From Polyangiales bacterium (GTDB lineage: Bacteria > Myxococcota_A > Polyangia > Polyangiales > Polyangiaceae): 16,731 bases of DNA. Shown one piece after another: positions 1 through 8,281 of this stretch (positions are counted from its first letter, which is position 1; the number at the start of each line of letters is the position of its first letter). A program made the position numbers and the translations under genes. The stretch covers positions 1-16,731 of the forward strand of contig JBBRNJ010000129.1 in the NCBI GenBank assembly GCA_038230375.1. Reading direction: 5' to 3'. The notes below the pieces were generated by a model. That model was not told where the DNA came from. It made no database searches and saw only the letters and a list, made by a program, of their open reading frames with translations.

Positions 1-1278
1 CCGATCACGCTCGATTTCGGAGATGGAGGGGGACCAGGGCGCATCGAGCACAAGCAGACCGCGCCCTTCCATGTGTTCCCGCTCACTGGCCTCTCCCCGA
101 AGACCCGCTACGTATTCAGCGCGCAGAGCGGGCTCTCCTCCAAGCCCGGCGCGTTCACGACCGCACCGCCGAACGACGCGAAGGACACGGTCACGTTCCT
201 CATCTACGGCGACAACCGGACGGACGACTCGGCACACGCGGCCATCGTCCGCTCCATGGTGACCCGCCCGGCGGACTTCCTGCTCAACACCGGCGACCTC
301 GTGGAGCATGGCGGTGTCCCGGGGCTGTGGCAGCGCTTCTTCGACATCGAGGCCCCGCTCCTCACGTCCGAGTGCGTGTTCCCCACCATCGGCAACCACG
401 AGCTCGTCGACCGTGACGCGACCCTCTACCTCCGCTACTTCGGGCCGAGCAGCACCCTCGGAGACGCGGGCGCATCCGTCGCGCCTTCGGTGCATCGCAC
501 CTTCCGGTGGGGCTTCATCCGCGTCCTCATCCTTGGCGGGTTCGGAGACTCCGCGAGCGTGGGCGAGGAGAAGCGCTGGCTCGACGAAGAGCTCCGCAAG
601 GCCGACACGGAGCCGGGCGTCCTCTATCGCCTCGTGATGACGCATCACGGGCCGTGGTCGAGCGGCCCGCATGGGTCCAACCGGATGTTGTATAATACAT
701 CTGTCGTGGACGTGCTGCGGGCGCACAAGGTGACGCTCATGCTCTCTGGCCACGACCACATCTACGAGCGCGGGCAGTCCGGCGACGTGCCGTACATGGT
801 CAGCGGTGGCGGCGGCGCGCCCAGCTACGAGGAGAAGGAGCGACTCAAGACCACGCGCATGTTCGAGTCCACGCGTCACTTCGTGGAGGTGCGCGCGACG
901 CCGACCGCGATGACGTTCACCGCGCTTCGGGTGGACGGCTCGAAGATAGAGGAGTGCGGCCTTCCGTCTTCAGGTGGCGGTGGCGGTGGCGGCGGGGGCG
1001 GCGGCGGCGGCTGGGACTGCGACAACCGCGCGGCGGCGACCACCGCGTCCGCGGGTACGACGGGCCCGATCCCCGGCGCGAACAATCCGGGCGAGGCGAA
1101 GACGGACGCGGCGAAATCGACGTGCGGATGCCGTGTGATCGGAGCGCGAACGGGAGGCGGAACGGAGCGAGGGGGAACGGAAGGGGCAACGGGCGTGGCG
1201 TTGTTCTTCGGGCTTCTCCTTCTTGGCAGGCGCGGGTACGCTCGGAGGCGATGCGTTCCGCCCTCGGCCTCGTCCTAG
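1..1278 (+). CDS. Calcineurin-like metallophosphoesterase with FN3-like N-terminal remnant and MYXO-CTERM-like C-terminal anchor (5'-truncated)
   Basis: Frame is open from base 1 (PITLDF...HVFPLTGLSPKTRY). Metal-binding motifs YGD, TGDLV, GNHE, THH and GHDH are present. C-terminus is CGCRVIG + hydrophobic segment + RR..RRR. Confidence 0.88.
   Translation, partial: PITLDFGDGGGPGRIEHKQTAPFHVFPLTGLSPKTRYVFSAQSGLSSKPGAFTTAPPNDAKDTVTFLIYGDNRTDDSAHAAIVRSMVTRPADFLLNTGDLVEHGGVPGLWQRFFDIEAPLLTSECVFPTIGNHELVDRDATLYLRYFGPSSTLGDAGASVAPSVHRTFRWGFIRVLILGGFGDSASVGEEKRWLDEELRKADTEPGVLYRLVMTHHGPWSSGPHGSNRMLYNTSVVDVLRAHKVTLMLSGHDHIYERGQSGDVPYMVSGGGGAPSYEEKERLKTTRMFESTRHFVEVRATPTAMTFTALRVDGSKIEECGLPSSGGGGGGGGGGGGGWDCDNRAAATTASAGTTGPIPGANNPGEAKTDAAKSTCGCRVIGARTGGGTERGGTEGATGVALFFGLLLLGRRGYARRRCVPPSASS
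973..1011 (+). repeat. GGN trinucleotide run encoding 13 Gly
   Basis: 13 consecutive GGT/GGC/GGG codons lie between the catalytic domain and the anchor. Confidence 0.9.
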
Positions 1279-1784
1279 CCGTTTCGTTTGTCGCCGTGAC
1301 TGGCTGCAACACGTACTCGAACAACCTCAATCGCAGCAAAGAGGCGTTCGAGCAGAACCAGTACGAGCGCTCCCTCGCGATCCTCCGCGCGCTCGAGCCG
1401 GACGAGAACCACCTCACCGTGGGCGAGCAGGCCGAGTACGCGTACCTGCGCGGCATGACCGACTATCGCATCGGCTATCAGTCGGATGCGCGCCACTGGC
1501 TCGCCGTCGCGTTCGAGATCGAGAAGACAAACCCCAAGTCGCTCAACGCCGACTGGAAGACGCGCCTCGATCAGGTCCTCGAGGAGCTGAACAAGCACGT
1601 CTACAACGAGGGCTACGCAAACCTGGGCAACACGCCCGCGGTCAAGGGCGAGTCCACAGAGACCGAGAACAAGCCGGAGCCGAAGGGCTCGCGGCCAAAC
1701 GCAAAGAAGAAGCCCGACGACAGCAAGGGCTCTGGCAAGGGCGACAAGTCCGAGAAGTCGGACGACAAGCCGCAGGACAAGTGA
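1251..1784 (+). CDS. Hypothetical lipoprotein with TPR-like helices and a Lys/Asp-rich tail
   Basis: ATG at 1251 gives signal peptide MRSALGLVLAVSFVAVTG-C (lipobox). A helical segment YAYLRGMTDYRIG follows. The upstream part of ORF 954..1784 is a shadow of the previous gene. Confidence 0.78.
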   Translation: MRSALGLVLAVSFVAVTGCNTYSNNLNRSKEAFEQNQYERSLAILRALEPDENHLTVGEQAEYAYLRGMTDYRIGYQSDARHWLAVAFEIEKTNPKSLNADWKTRLDQVLEELNKHVYNEGYANLGNTPAVKGESTETENKPEPKGSRPNAKKKPDDSKGSGKGDKSEKSDDKPQDK

Positions 1785-2440
1785 ACCAGCCGTACCCGCC
1801 CTACTACGAACCTGGGGCTCCGCCGGTTCAGGACTATCGGGCGCCAGCGCCTGGGCAGGGCTTCGCGCCGCTGGGCTCGCGGCTGCGAACGGGGTTTGCC
1901 GTCGTCGTGGCCCTTGCCATGCTGATGTTCGTCGCGTCGATCGGCTGCATGAGCGGCGCGATCATCATGAACCCGGATCGACCGAACGAGTCGCTCATGA
2001 TCGGGTTCGGCGTGACGCTCGTCCTCGCGATCTTCCTGCTCTACGCGCAGATCTTCATCGGCCTCTTCTGGATCTATCGCGTGTGGAGCTGGCTGCCCGA
2101 CGATCAGCGCTGGTCGAAGCACTGGAAGGGTCGCATCGATCCGGCGATGGCCGCGGGCATGATGCTCATCCCTTACTTTCACTACTACTGGATGTTCGTG
2201 ATCGACTGCGGCATCTGCGACGCGATGGACCGCATGCGCGTGCAGTACCCGACAACACGCGTGGCGCCGAAGCAGCTCGCCATCGCTGCGTGCATCTGCC
2301 AGCTCATCATCCCGCTTCCTGTGGGCTCCATCCTCTGGCTCATGTTCATGGGGCGCATCGAAGAGATGACGCGCGACATGAGCAAGGCAGCAGCGCAGTT
2401 CGGCCAGCCCGGCGCGGGCCCGGCGCAACCCGCGTACTGA
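1781..2440 (+). CDS. Hypothetical integral membrane protein (DUF4328-like)
   Basis: GTG start overlaps the previous TGA (GTGA). It has a Pro/Tyr-rich N-terminus, about 4 hydrophobic segments, and WIYR...LIPYF motifs. Confidence 0.75.
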   Translation: MNQPYPPYYEPGAPPVQDYRAPAPGQGFAPLGSRLRTGFAVVVALAMLMFVASIGCMSGAIIMNPDRPNESLMIGFGVTLVLAIFLLYAQIFIGLFWIYRVWSWLPDDQRWSKHWKGRIDPAMAAGMMLIPYFHYYWMFVIDCGICDAMDRMRVQYPTTRVAPKQLAIAACICQLIIPLPVGSILWLMFMGRIEEMTRDMSKAAAQFGQPGAGPAQPAY

Positions 2441-2616
2441 GGTCACCGTCACCGTCGCGCGGGCTTTCACTCGGGTCTCGTGATCCAGAGCGATCGCATC
2501 GACGACCTGAGACAGCGCCGGTGGATCGTATTTTACCCCTCGTCTTGGGGGGTGGGAGATCCACCTACGGCCCGATCTTGAGCCGTATCCTTGCGAAATT
2601 ACATGTGTGGGTATGT

Positions 2617-2632
2617 AGGCATAGGTGGTGCA
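2617..2632 (+). promoter_or_regulatory. Candidate sigma54 (-24/-12) promoter
   Basis: AGGCATAGGTGGTGCA has GG(2618-19)-N10-GC(2630-31), about 50 nt upstream of ATG 2681. Confidence 0.5.
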
Positions 2633-2680
2633 GTTACCCTCATCGTCACCAACCACAAACCACTCTGGAGCCCGACGCCC

Positions 2681-3370
2681 ATGAACTTCCGAACTGCCCT
2701 CCTCGCCATTCCCGCTCTCCTCCTTGTCGCCTGTGCGGCGGAGACCAACGACGCGGACCAGGCCCAGGAAGAGGACCTCACCAGGTCCGCGACGGGCGTC
2801 TCGCTCGAGTCGAGCGACAACGGCAAGACGTTCGCGGTCGAAGAAGGCAAGAACGTCGTCGTGAACCTGTCGTACGGCGGCTTCACTGCCACGCCCTATG
2901 GCAAGTACGACGTGACGACGACGGACAAGAGCATGGGCTACCCGAAGGTCACCGTGAAGACGCCGCGCATCCCGGACGCGCCCACCACGGCAAAGCTGAC
3001 CTGGAACACCGGCGTGTTCACCCATGCGGGCGAGACGCACCACGTTGTGCTCACCTCGAAGTCGCTCAACGGCGGCAAGGCACGGACGTTCTCGTTCACC
3101 GCAAAGATCATCGCGAAGAAGTCGACCGGCGCGAAGATCGGTCAGATGTGCGGCGGCTTCGGCGGCCTCCCCTGCGCCTCCAACCTCGACTGCGAGATGA
3201 GCGGCCCGATGCACCCGGACCAGGCGGGCACCTGCCGCGCACGTGACGACGGCGCTGCGATCGGCGGCATGTGCGGTGGCATCGCTGGCTTCCGCTGCCA
3301 GGACGGCCTTGACTGCGAGCTCTCCGGCAACCACCCGGACGCATCCGGCACCTGCGCGATCCTGAACTGA
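2681..3370 (+). CDS. Lipoprotein with chagasin/inhibitor I42-like Ig-fold domain and two Cys-rich CGGxxG repeats
   Basis: GGAG upstream and lipobox LVA-C. SDNGKTFAVEEGKNVVVNL resembles an I42 domain start. Two approximately 33-aa 4-Cys repeats lie at 3137-3235 and 3260-3355. Confidence 0.78.
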   Translation: MNFRTALLAIPALLLVACAAETNDADQAQEEDLTRSATGVSLESSDNGKTFAVEEGKNVVVNLSYGGFTATPYGKYDVTTTDKSMGYPKVTVKTPRIPDAPTTAKLTWNTGVFTHAGETHHVVLTSKSLNGGKARTFSFTAKIIAKKSTGAKIGQMCGGFGGLPCASNLDCEMSGPMHPDQAGTCRARDDGAAIGGMCGGIAGFRCQDGLDCELSGNHPDASGTCAILN

Positions 3371-3426
3371 AACCAACGACGCCGACTGAGGTCATCGGAG
3401 GCGGGGCGTGCTAGCACGCTCCGCAG

Positions 3427-4308
3427 ATGATCCCGGCGATCGAAGTCTATTCGTGGCGAGTCGGGCCCGTCGCGTTCCACGCGTTCGGGCTTCTTGTCAC
3501 GCTTGGCGTCTTCTTCGGCTACCTGGCCGCCCGTAGACGCGCACCGCTCTTCGGAGTCGCGCGCGAAGACCTTGCCTCATTCCTTCGTTGGATGCTCGTC
3601 ACGGCGTTCGTGCTTGCGCACGTGCTCGACGAGATCTTCTACCACCCGGAGGCGCTGGTTCACCCGTACACGCTGCTCATCATCTCGGATGGTCTCAGCT
3701 CGTATGGCGGCTTCATCGGAACGTGCGTGGGCGGCGTGCTCTGGGCGTTCCTGGAGTTCGGGCCTGACTTTCCGTTCCTGCGACTGCGAAAGACGCGCAA
3801 GCCGCTGCTCGCCATTTCCGATCTCGTGGCGTCCATCTTTCCGTTCGCGTGGACGTTCGGACGCGCCGGCTGCGCGGTCGTGCACGATCACGTCGGCGCG
3901 CGCTCGACCTCCGCGTTCGCCGTGCAGTTCGGCGCCGGGCCCGTGACGGACTATGGGCTATTTGGTCTGCACCACGGAGAAGACCCGCGCTTCGACCTGG
4001 GCCTGTGCGAGATGCTCTTCATGATCGTGATCGCGATCGGCTTCGCGTTCATGTGGCGGAAGAAGCTGCCGCTGGGCAGCTACCTTGTTGCGATCTGCCT
4101 CGTGTATCCGCCGGTGCGATTCGTGCTCGACTTCCTTCGTGTGGGTGACGACGAAGGCGGCGACCTTCGCTACCTGCACCTCACCCCGGCGCAGTATGCG
4201 TGCGTCGTGTTCTTCGTCGTGGGCGTGGTGCTGGTGACGAAGCTGCGCGGCCTCAATTCGTCTGGATCGATTCCAGCCGGTCCTTCACGACCAGGCGCAG
4301 ACGCTTGA
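3427..4308 (+). CDS. lgt: Prolipoprotein diacylglyceryl transferase family protein (divergent paralog)
   Basis: Multi-TM protein with motifs MIP..., FGLLV, GLSSYGG, FGRAGC..HD..G, RF.LDFLR and LTPAQ in Lgt order. Confidence 0.85.
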   Translation: MIPAIEVYSWRVGPVAFHAFGLLVTLGVFFGYLAARRRAPLFGVAREDLASFLRWMLVTAFVLAHVLDEIFYHPEALVHPYTLLIISDGLSSYGGFIGTCVGGVLWAFLEFGPDFPFLRLRKTRKPLLAISDLVASIFPFAWTFGRAGCAVVHDHVGARSTSAFAVQFGAGPVTDYGLFGLHHGEDPRFDLGLCEMLFMIVIAIGFAFMWRKKLPLGSYLVAICLVYPPVRFVLDFLRVGDDEGGDLRYLHLTPAQYACVVFFVVGVVLVTKLRGLNSSGSIPAGPSRPGADA

Positions 4309-4498
4309 GCACATGCGCGCGCGCCTCTTCGGCGGGCGTGATGTGTGCACCACGGCGATCGAGCTTCCGGATCTGGTGCTCGATGGTGCGCGCGTGCTCC
4401 ACGAGCTCCGCGGTGCTGACGTGCGGACGCAGGTGCGACTCCGCGCCACCGCCATGCACCACCAGCCCCGACGCGAAAAGCCGAGTCCCGTTCTTCAT
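4253..4498 (-). CDS. Small DUF465/YdcH-like coiled-coil protein
   Basis: ATG at 4498 is preceded by GGGGGAGA. The C-terminus LVEHARTIEHQIRKLDRR..ITPAEE...LKRLRLVVKDRL fits the DUF465 pattern. Its 3' end overlaps lgt by 56 bp. Confidence 0.6.
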   Translation of the reverse strand: MKNGTRLFASGLVVHGGGAESHLRPHVSTAELVEHARTIEHQIRKLDRRGAHITPAEEARAHVLKRLRLVVKDRLESIQTN

Positions 4499-4705
4499 GT
4501 TCCAATCTCCCCCCACGCGCAATCGGAGCTGCGCGTGCGAGTGGTGTAGCACCGGCGATCCAGGCATGAAGGCGTGAGCCCTTCTTGAGACTCCGCGCCA
4601 TGTTCGTTTCATGGGTCTTTGTGGGCAAGCTGACTACGCGAGATGTGTTCAGCACGCGCAACACGAACGCTGGAACTTTCGGCTGTGCGCATAGACTGAT
4701 CCTTC

Positions 4706-5935
4706 ATGCGCCTCGATCGTCGAACTTCCATGTCCAATCAAACCGCGCGGTTCTCCGTGCTCGCGCTCATCCTTGCATCTTGCGTCAGCGCGACTGGCTG
4801 CGGTGCATCGCCTGCTCCAGCTCCGCAGACGCCACCGGTGCCGCCGAAGCAGGAGCAGACGCAGAACCAGATCATCTCGAACAAGACCGAGGGCACGGCG
4901 CGCGAGCTCTTCGCGAAGGGCGAGCAGGCGATCGCACAACAGAAGTGGCAAGAGGCCGTGGACGCGTTCACCGCGCTGCTCAAGGGAGAGCCCAACGATC
5001 CGCGCGCGTCGGACGCGATCTTCGATCTCGCGTTCGCGCACGAAAACCTTGGTGATCGCGACGCGGCGCGCGCGAAATATCGCGAGCTCGTGACCCGCTT
5101 CCCGGACGACAAGAACGCGAGGCAGGCGCTCCAGCGCGAGGCGAACATCGATGCGTACGCGGAGGACTGGAAGGCGCTGGGCGAAGCGGGCTCGATGCTC
5201 CTCGCGCGGAAGGACGCCGACGACATCGACAAGATGACGGGGCTTGGCGCGCGCGGGCTCTCCAAGGTCGCCGCGGACGACGAGGCGGGCGCCTCCAAGG
5301 ACATCAACGACGGGCTCGACCTCGCGGACACGCTCCACTACGGCGCGCTTGGTCGCCTGCCGGTGCCGGTCGCGCAGCTTCGGTTCGGCCTCGCCGAGGT
5401 GCGACGCGTGAAGTCGGAGAAGATCAAGCTGATGCCGGTGACGCCGGACTTCGTGATGAAGCTGGAGCTGCGATGCGCAGGTTTGCTGGACGCGCAGTCG
5501 GCGTATGCAGATGCGATCCGCTCCGTGGACCCGCACTGGGCTGCGATGAGCGGCTACCGCGTGGGCGAGATGTACCGCACGCTGCACCACGAGCTCATGG
5601 CCATCCCGCCCACCGAGCTGGCAAAGACGGAGAGCGACAAGCAGCTCTTCTACGCGATCATGCACGTGCGCTATCGCGCGCTCATCGAGAAGGGCATCGA
5701 GATGATGAACCGCACGCTCGCCCTTGCCGAGAAGACACAGGACTCGTCGTCGTGGGTGAAGCGCGCGAAGGATGCGAAGGCCGACATGGAGGCCGCGCTC
5801 ACGGAGGAGAAGGCGCAGCTCGGAAAGCTCCCGTTCACGGAGAAGGAGGTCGAGGCCGCGCTCGATCTCATGAAGAAGAAGGCGGAGAAGAAGCAGGCCG
5901 ATGCCGACAAGAAGGCCGCCGCAGGGAAGAAGTAG
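4706..5935 (+). CDS. Tetratricopeptide-repeat lipoprotein (alternative start 4730)
   Basis: Signal peptide with candidate lipobox Cys. TPR-like helices (LFAKGEQA..., AIFDLAFAHENLG...YRELVTRFPD). Codons are strongly G/C-ending. Confidence 0.85.
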   Translation: MRLDRRTSMSNQTARFSVLALILASCVSATGCGASPAPAPQTPPVPPKQEQTQNQIISNKTEGTARELFAKGEQAIAQQKWQEAVDAFTALLKGEPNDPRASDAIFDLAFAHENLGDRDAARAKYRELVTRFPDDKNARQALQREANIDAYAEDWKALGEAGSMLLARKDADDIDKMTGLGARGLSKVAADDEAGASKDINDGLDLADTLHYGALGRLPVPVAQLRFGLAEVRRVKSEKIKLMPVTPDFVMKLELRCAGLLDAQSAYADAIRSVDPHWAAMSGYRVGEMYRTLHHELMAIPPTELAKTESDKQLFYAIMHVRYRALIEKGIEMMNRTLALAEKTQDSSSWVKRAKDAKADMEAALTEEKAQLGKLPFTEKEVEAALDLMKKKAEKKQADADKKAAAGKK

Positions 5936-5948
5936 CGGGCGACGGAAC

Positions 5949-6209
5949 GTGAAGAACACCAAGGTCTGCCCCAAGTGCAGCGGCGACCGCATCGTCGTGA
6001 ACGAGCGCGTGGGCTTCCGGCAGAAGATGTACAAGGGCCAGGACCCGTTCATCGCGCCGCTGCCCGTGCTGGTGCGTAAAACATCGGTGCCCGGGCTCCT
6101 CTTCGGAAGCTCCGAGGATGTGGAGGAGATCGGCACCTTCAAGAGCTTCACGTGCGGGGGCTGCGGCTACACGGAGCTCTACGCCGTGAATCCCGGCGCT
6201 CTGCTATAA
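5949..6209 (+). CDS. Small zinc-ribbon protein
   Basis: GTG start. Paired CxxC motifs CPKC...CGGCGYTELY. Confidence 0.75.
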   Translation: MKNTKVCPKCSGDRIVVNERVGFRQKMYKGQDPFIAPLPVLVRKTSVPGLLFGSSEDVEEIGTFKSFTCGGCGYTELYAVNPGALL

Positions 6210-6227
6210 CGCGGCGCTCAGTACCTC

Positions 6228-7238
6228 TTGAAGAAGGTCCTCTTCGCGCTCGACTTCGTGCTGCGGCTCGCGTTCTTCGCGGTGGCGCCGCCGCTCATCG
6301 TGCTGCTCACGGCGCTGTTCCCCATGGGCGGGGCGATCGTGAACGTGGGCCTGGGCCTCGTGTTCTTCCTCTTTGCGGCGGCGCTGCGTGACCGCGCGCC
6401 GAAGAAGGGGTTGCTTGCGGCGTTCGTGCGGTCGCAGCTGCGCTTTGACGAGTACTACCGCGAGCGCCCGCCGAAGCCGTTCCTCTTCTACGTCTTCTAC
6501 CCGCTGCTCTTTCCGTACTGGCTCATCGTGTCGCACGCGCGCCGCGAGTTCTGGCTGTTCAAGGGCTACACGATCGTGAGTCTGGCGATCCTGCTGGTGA
6601 CGACCGTGATCCAGTACTTCCGCTTCTGGCCGCCAGAGCTGGGCCTTGCAGCGTTCGCGCCGGTGCTCGGCATCACGCTGGCACTGGAGGCGCTCGTGGT
6701 GCTCTCGCTGCTGATGCCCATCTCGACGACCGTGATCAAGTACCACCTGGGTGGGCACCGCGCGCTGCTCTACGTGTTGCTCTTCGCGGCAACGGCGTCC
6801 ACGGGGTACGAGATCGCGAAGCTCGCACAGAGGCGGGATCCCATCGTGAGCGTCGCCACGCGCATGCGCGTCCAGCAGCGTACGGACGTCTCCAAGGACA
6901 AGGCGAAGAAGGCACAGCGGACGGCGCTCAACACCGCGCTGCCGCTGGTGCTCGCGGGCAAGTCCAAGATCGTGGAGGGCGACGGCACGGTGGAAGGCGA
7001 GCCGCTGGATCGCGCGCATGAGGCATTGCATGCATTCTACAAGGAAGACGAGTCCTTCGCGTTCGACCTGTGGGCGGCGCCGCGCAAGAGCCCGCAGGTC
7101 CTGGTGCTCTACGTGGAGTCGTATCGAGGCAAGCCTGCGGTGTGGCTCGCGGTCGACGCAAAGGGTCATGAGATCCGCGACCCCAAGAAGCTGCCCAAGG
7201 GCGCGCTGGACCAGATGAAGCACGCCGCGGAGAATTGA
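6228..7238 (+). CDS. Hypothetical membrane protein (N-terminal multi-TM, C-terminal soluble domain)
   Basis: 336-aa ORF with TTG start and about 6 hydrophobic segments. It fills the gap between neighbouring genes. Confidence 0.75.
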   Translation: MKKVLFALDFVLRLAFFAVAPPLIVLLTALFPMGGAIVNVGLGLVFFLFAAALRDRAPKKGLLAAFVRSQLRFDEYYRERPPKPFLFYVFYPLLFPYWLIVSHARREFWLFKGYTIVSLAILLVTTVIQYFRFWPPELGLAAFAPVLGITLALEALVVLSLLMPISTTVIKYHLGGHRALLYVLLFAATASTGYEIAKLAQRRDPIVSVATRMRVQQRTDVSKDKAKKAQRTALNTALPLVLAGKSKIVEGDGTVEGEPLDRAHEALHAFYKEDESFAFDLWAAPRKSPQVLVLYVESYRGKPAVWLAVDAKGHEIRDPKKLPKGALDQMKHAAEN

Positions 7239-7252
7239 CGTACGCTTTCAGC

Positions 7253-8194
7253 ATGCGCGTTGCTCGTTTGCTCTTCGCCTGCTCGGTCGCGTGGGTGTTC
7301 GCTGCGTGCTCCAGTGATCCGTCGAGCACCGGCGGAGGCGGAGGCGGAGGCGGCGGCGGAGGCGGAGGTGGAGGTGGAGGCGGGAACGCCGATGGCGGAG
7401 GTGGAGGAAGCGACACCGATGGCGGTGGTGGTGGTGGTGGTGGTGGCAGCGATGGCGGTGGTGGTGGCGGGGTCGATGGTGGAGGCGGGAGCGGAGTTCC
7501 GTCCACGCTGAAGCCCGGCTCGTCCACGCTGAACCTCATGGTGAACGGGCAGGCACGCACGGCGGTGCTCTATGTTCCCACGAGCGCGACCAACGCATCG
7601 CCGCTCGTGCTCGCCATGCACGGCAACGGCGATACCGCGGCGAACTTCCTGGCCACGAGCGGGCTCAAGGCGCACGCGGACACGGACTCGCTCGTGCTCG
7701 TGATCCCCCAGGGCATCCAGCGCGACGTCATGTTCATGAGCCAGACGGTCCCGCAGGTCGCGTGGGACGCGTACAACACGACCGGCAATATCGACACGGC
7801 GCTCGTCGACATGCTGCGCACGCAGCTCCAGGCGACGAAGCAGGTGAACGCGAAGAAGACGTTCGTCTTCGGCTACTCGCAGGGCGGCTACTTCTCGTTC
7901 ATGTACGGCATGACGGAGGCGAACAACGTCTCGTGCACCGGCGTGCTCGCAGCGGCCAGCCCGTATGGCGGCGGCGCGAACGACTCGCTCATCACAGGAG
8001 CCGCGCGGAAGATCCCGGTGGCGATGCAGATCGGCACGCTCGACTACGGCTACAACTCAGCGCTGGCCACACAAGCCACGCTCATGTCGAAGAGCTTCCC
8101 GCTGCAGTTCAATGCGATCGCGGGCGCGAACCACGTCCCCATCCCAGGAGACATCGGAGTGCCGCTCGGGTACTGCCTGGGCCAGTCACTCTGA
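7253..8194 (+). CDS. Secreted/lipoprotein alpha/beta-hydrolase (PHB depolymerase/LpqC-like esterase) with Gly-rich linker
   Basis: Lipobox FAA-C. Motifs LYVP, LVLAMHGNG, nucleophile GYSQGG, acid GTLD and a late His (ANH). Confidence 0.85.
   Translation: MRVARLLFACSVAWVFAACSSDPSSTGGGGGGGGGGGGGGGGGGNADGGGGGSDTDGGGGGGGGGSDGGGGGGVDGGGGSGVPSTLKPGSSTLNLMVNGQARTAVLYVPTSATNASPLVLAMHGNGDTAANFLATSGLKAHADTDSLVLVIPQGIQRDVMFMSQTVPQVAWDAYNTTGNIDTALVDMLRTQLQATKQVNAKKTFVFGYSQGGYFSFMYGMTEANNVSCTGVLAAASPYGGGANDSLITGAARKIPVAMQIGTLDYGYNSALATQATLMSKSFPLQFNAIAGANHVPIPGDIGVPLGYCLGQSL
7331..7496 (+). repeat. GGN-rich low-complexity tract encoding (G)n-DG linker
   Basis: Runs of GGC/GGA/GGT codons are interrupted by GAT GGC units. 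Confidence 0.9.
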
Positions 8195-8241
8195 GGGATT
8201 TGTTTTGACACTGTAGGCAAACGTGCGCTTTTCGATTCCAG

Positions 8242-8256
8242 TGGCACGTACGCTGA
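8242..8256 (+). promoter_or_regulatory. Possible sigma54 promoter (perfect -24 box, imperfect -12)
   Basis: TGGCACG-TACG-CTGA versus consensus TGGCACG-N4-TTGC, in an AT-richer intergenic gap. Confidence 0.35.
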
Positions 8257-8281
8257 TTTGGAATATGGACCTGGGACCACC

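Noticed and set aside
1223..1780. N-terminal extension of the 405-aa ORF
   Set aside because: It overlaps the lipoprotein gene out of frame. The real start is likely GTG 1781.
1613..3376. 587-aa minus-strand ORF
   Set aside because: It is an antisense shadow of three plus-strand genes with clear features. Long shadow ORFs are expected in high-GC DNA.
4649..7223. 500-aa and 339-aa minus-strand ORFs
   Set aside because: They are antisense to the TPR, Zn-ribbon and membrane genes and carry no recognisable motifs.
7331..7496. Phase-variable SSR or G-quadruplex element
   Set aside because: Mixed synonymous GGN codons in frame are explained by a Gly linker, and slippage would preserve the frame.
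6928..7675. Poly-Pro and poly-Thr/Ala minus-strand ORFs
   Set aside because: They are the reverse complement of the poly-Gly linker of the hydrolase.
8205..8210. Perfect TTGACA -35 box
   Set aside because: There is no -10 element at 16-18 bp spacing.
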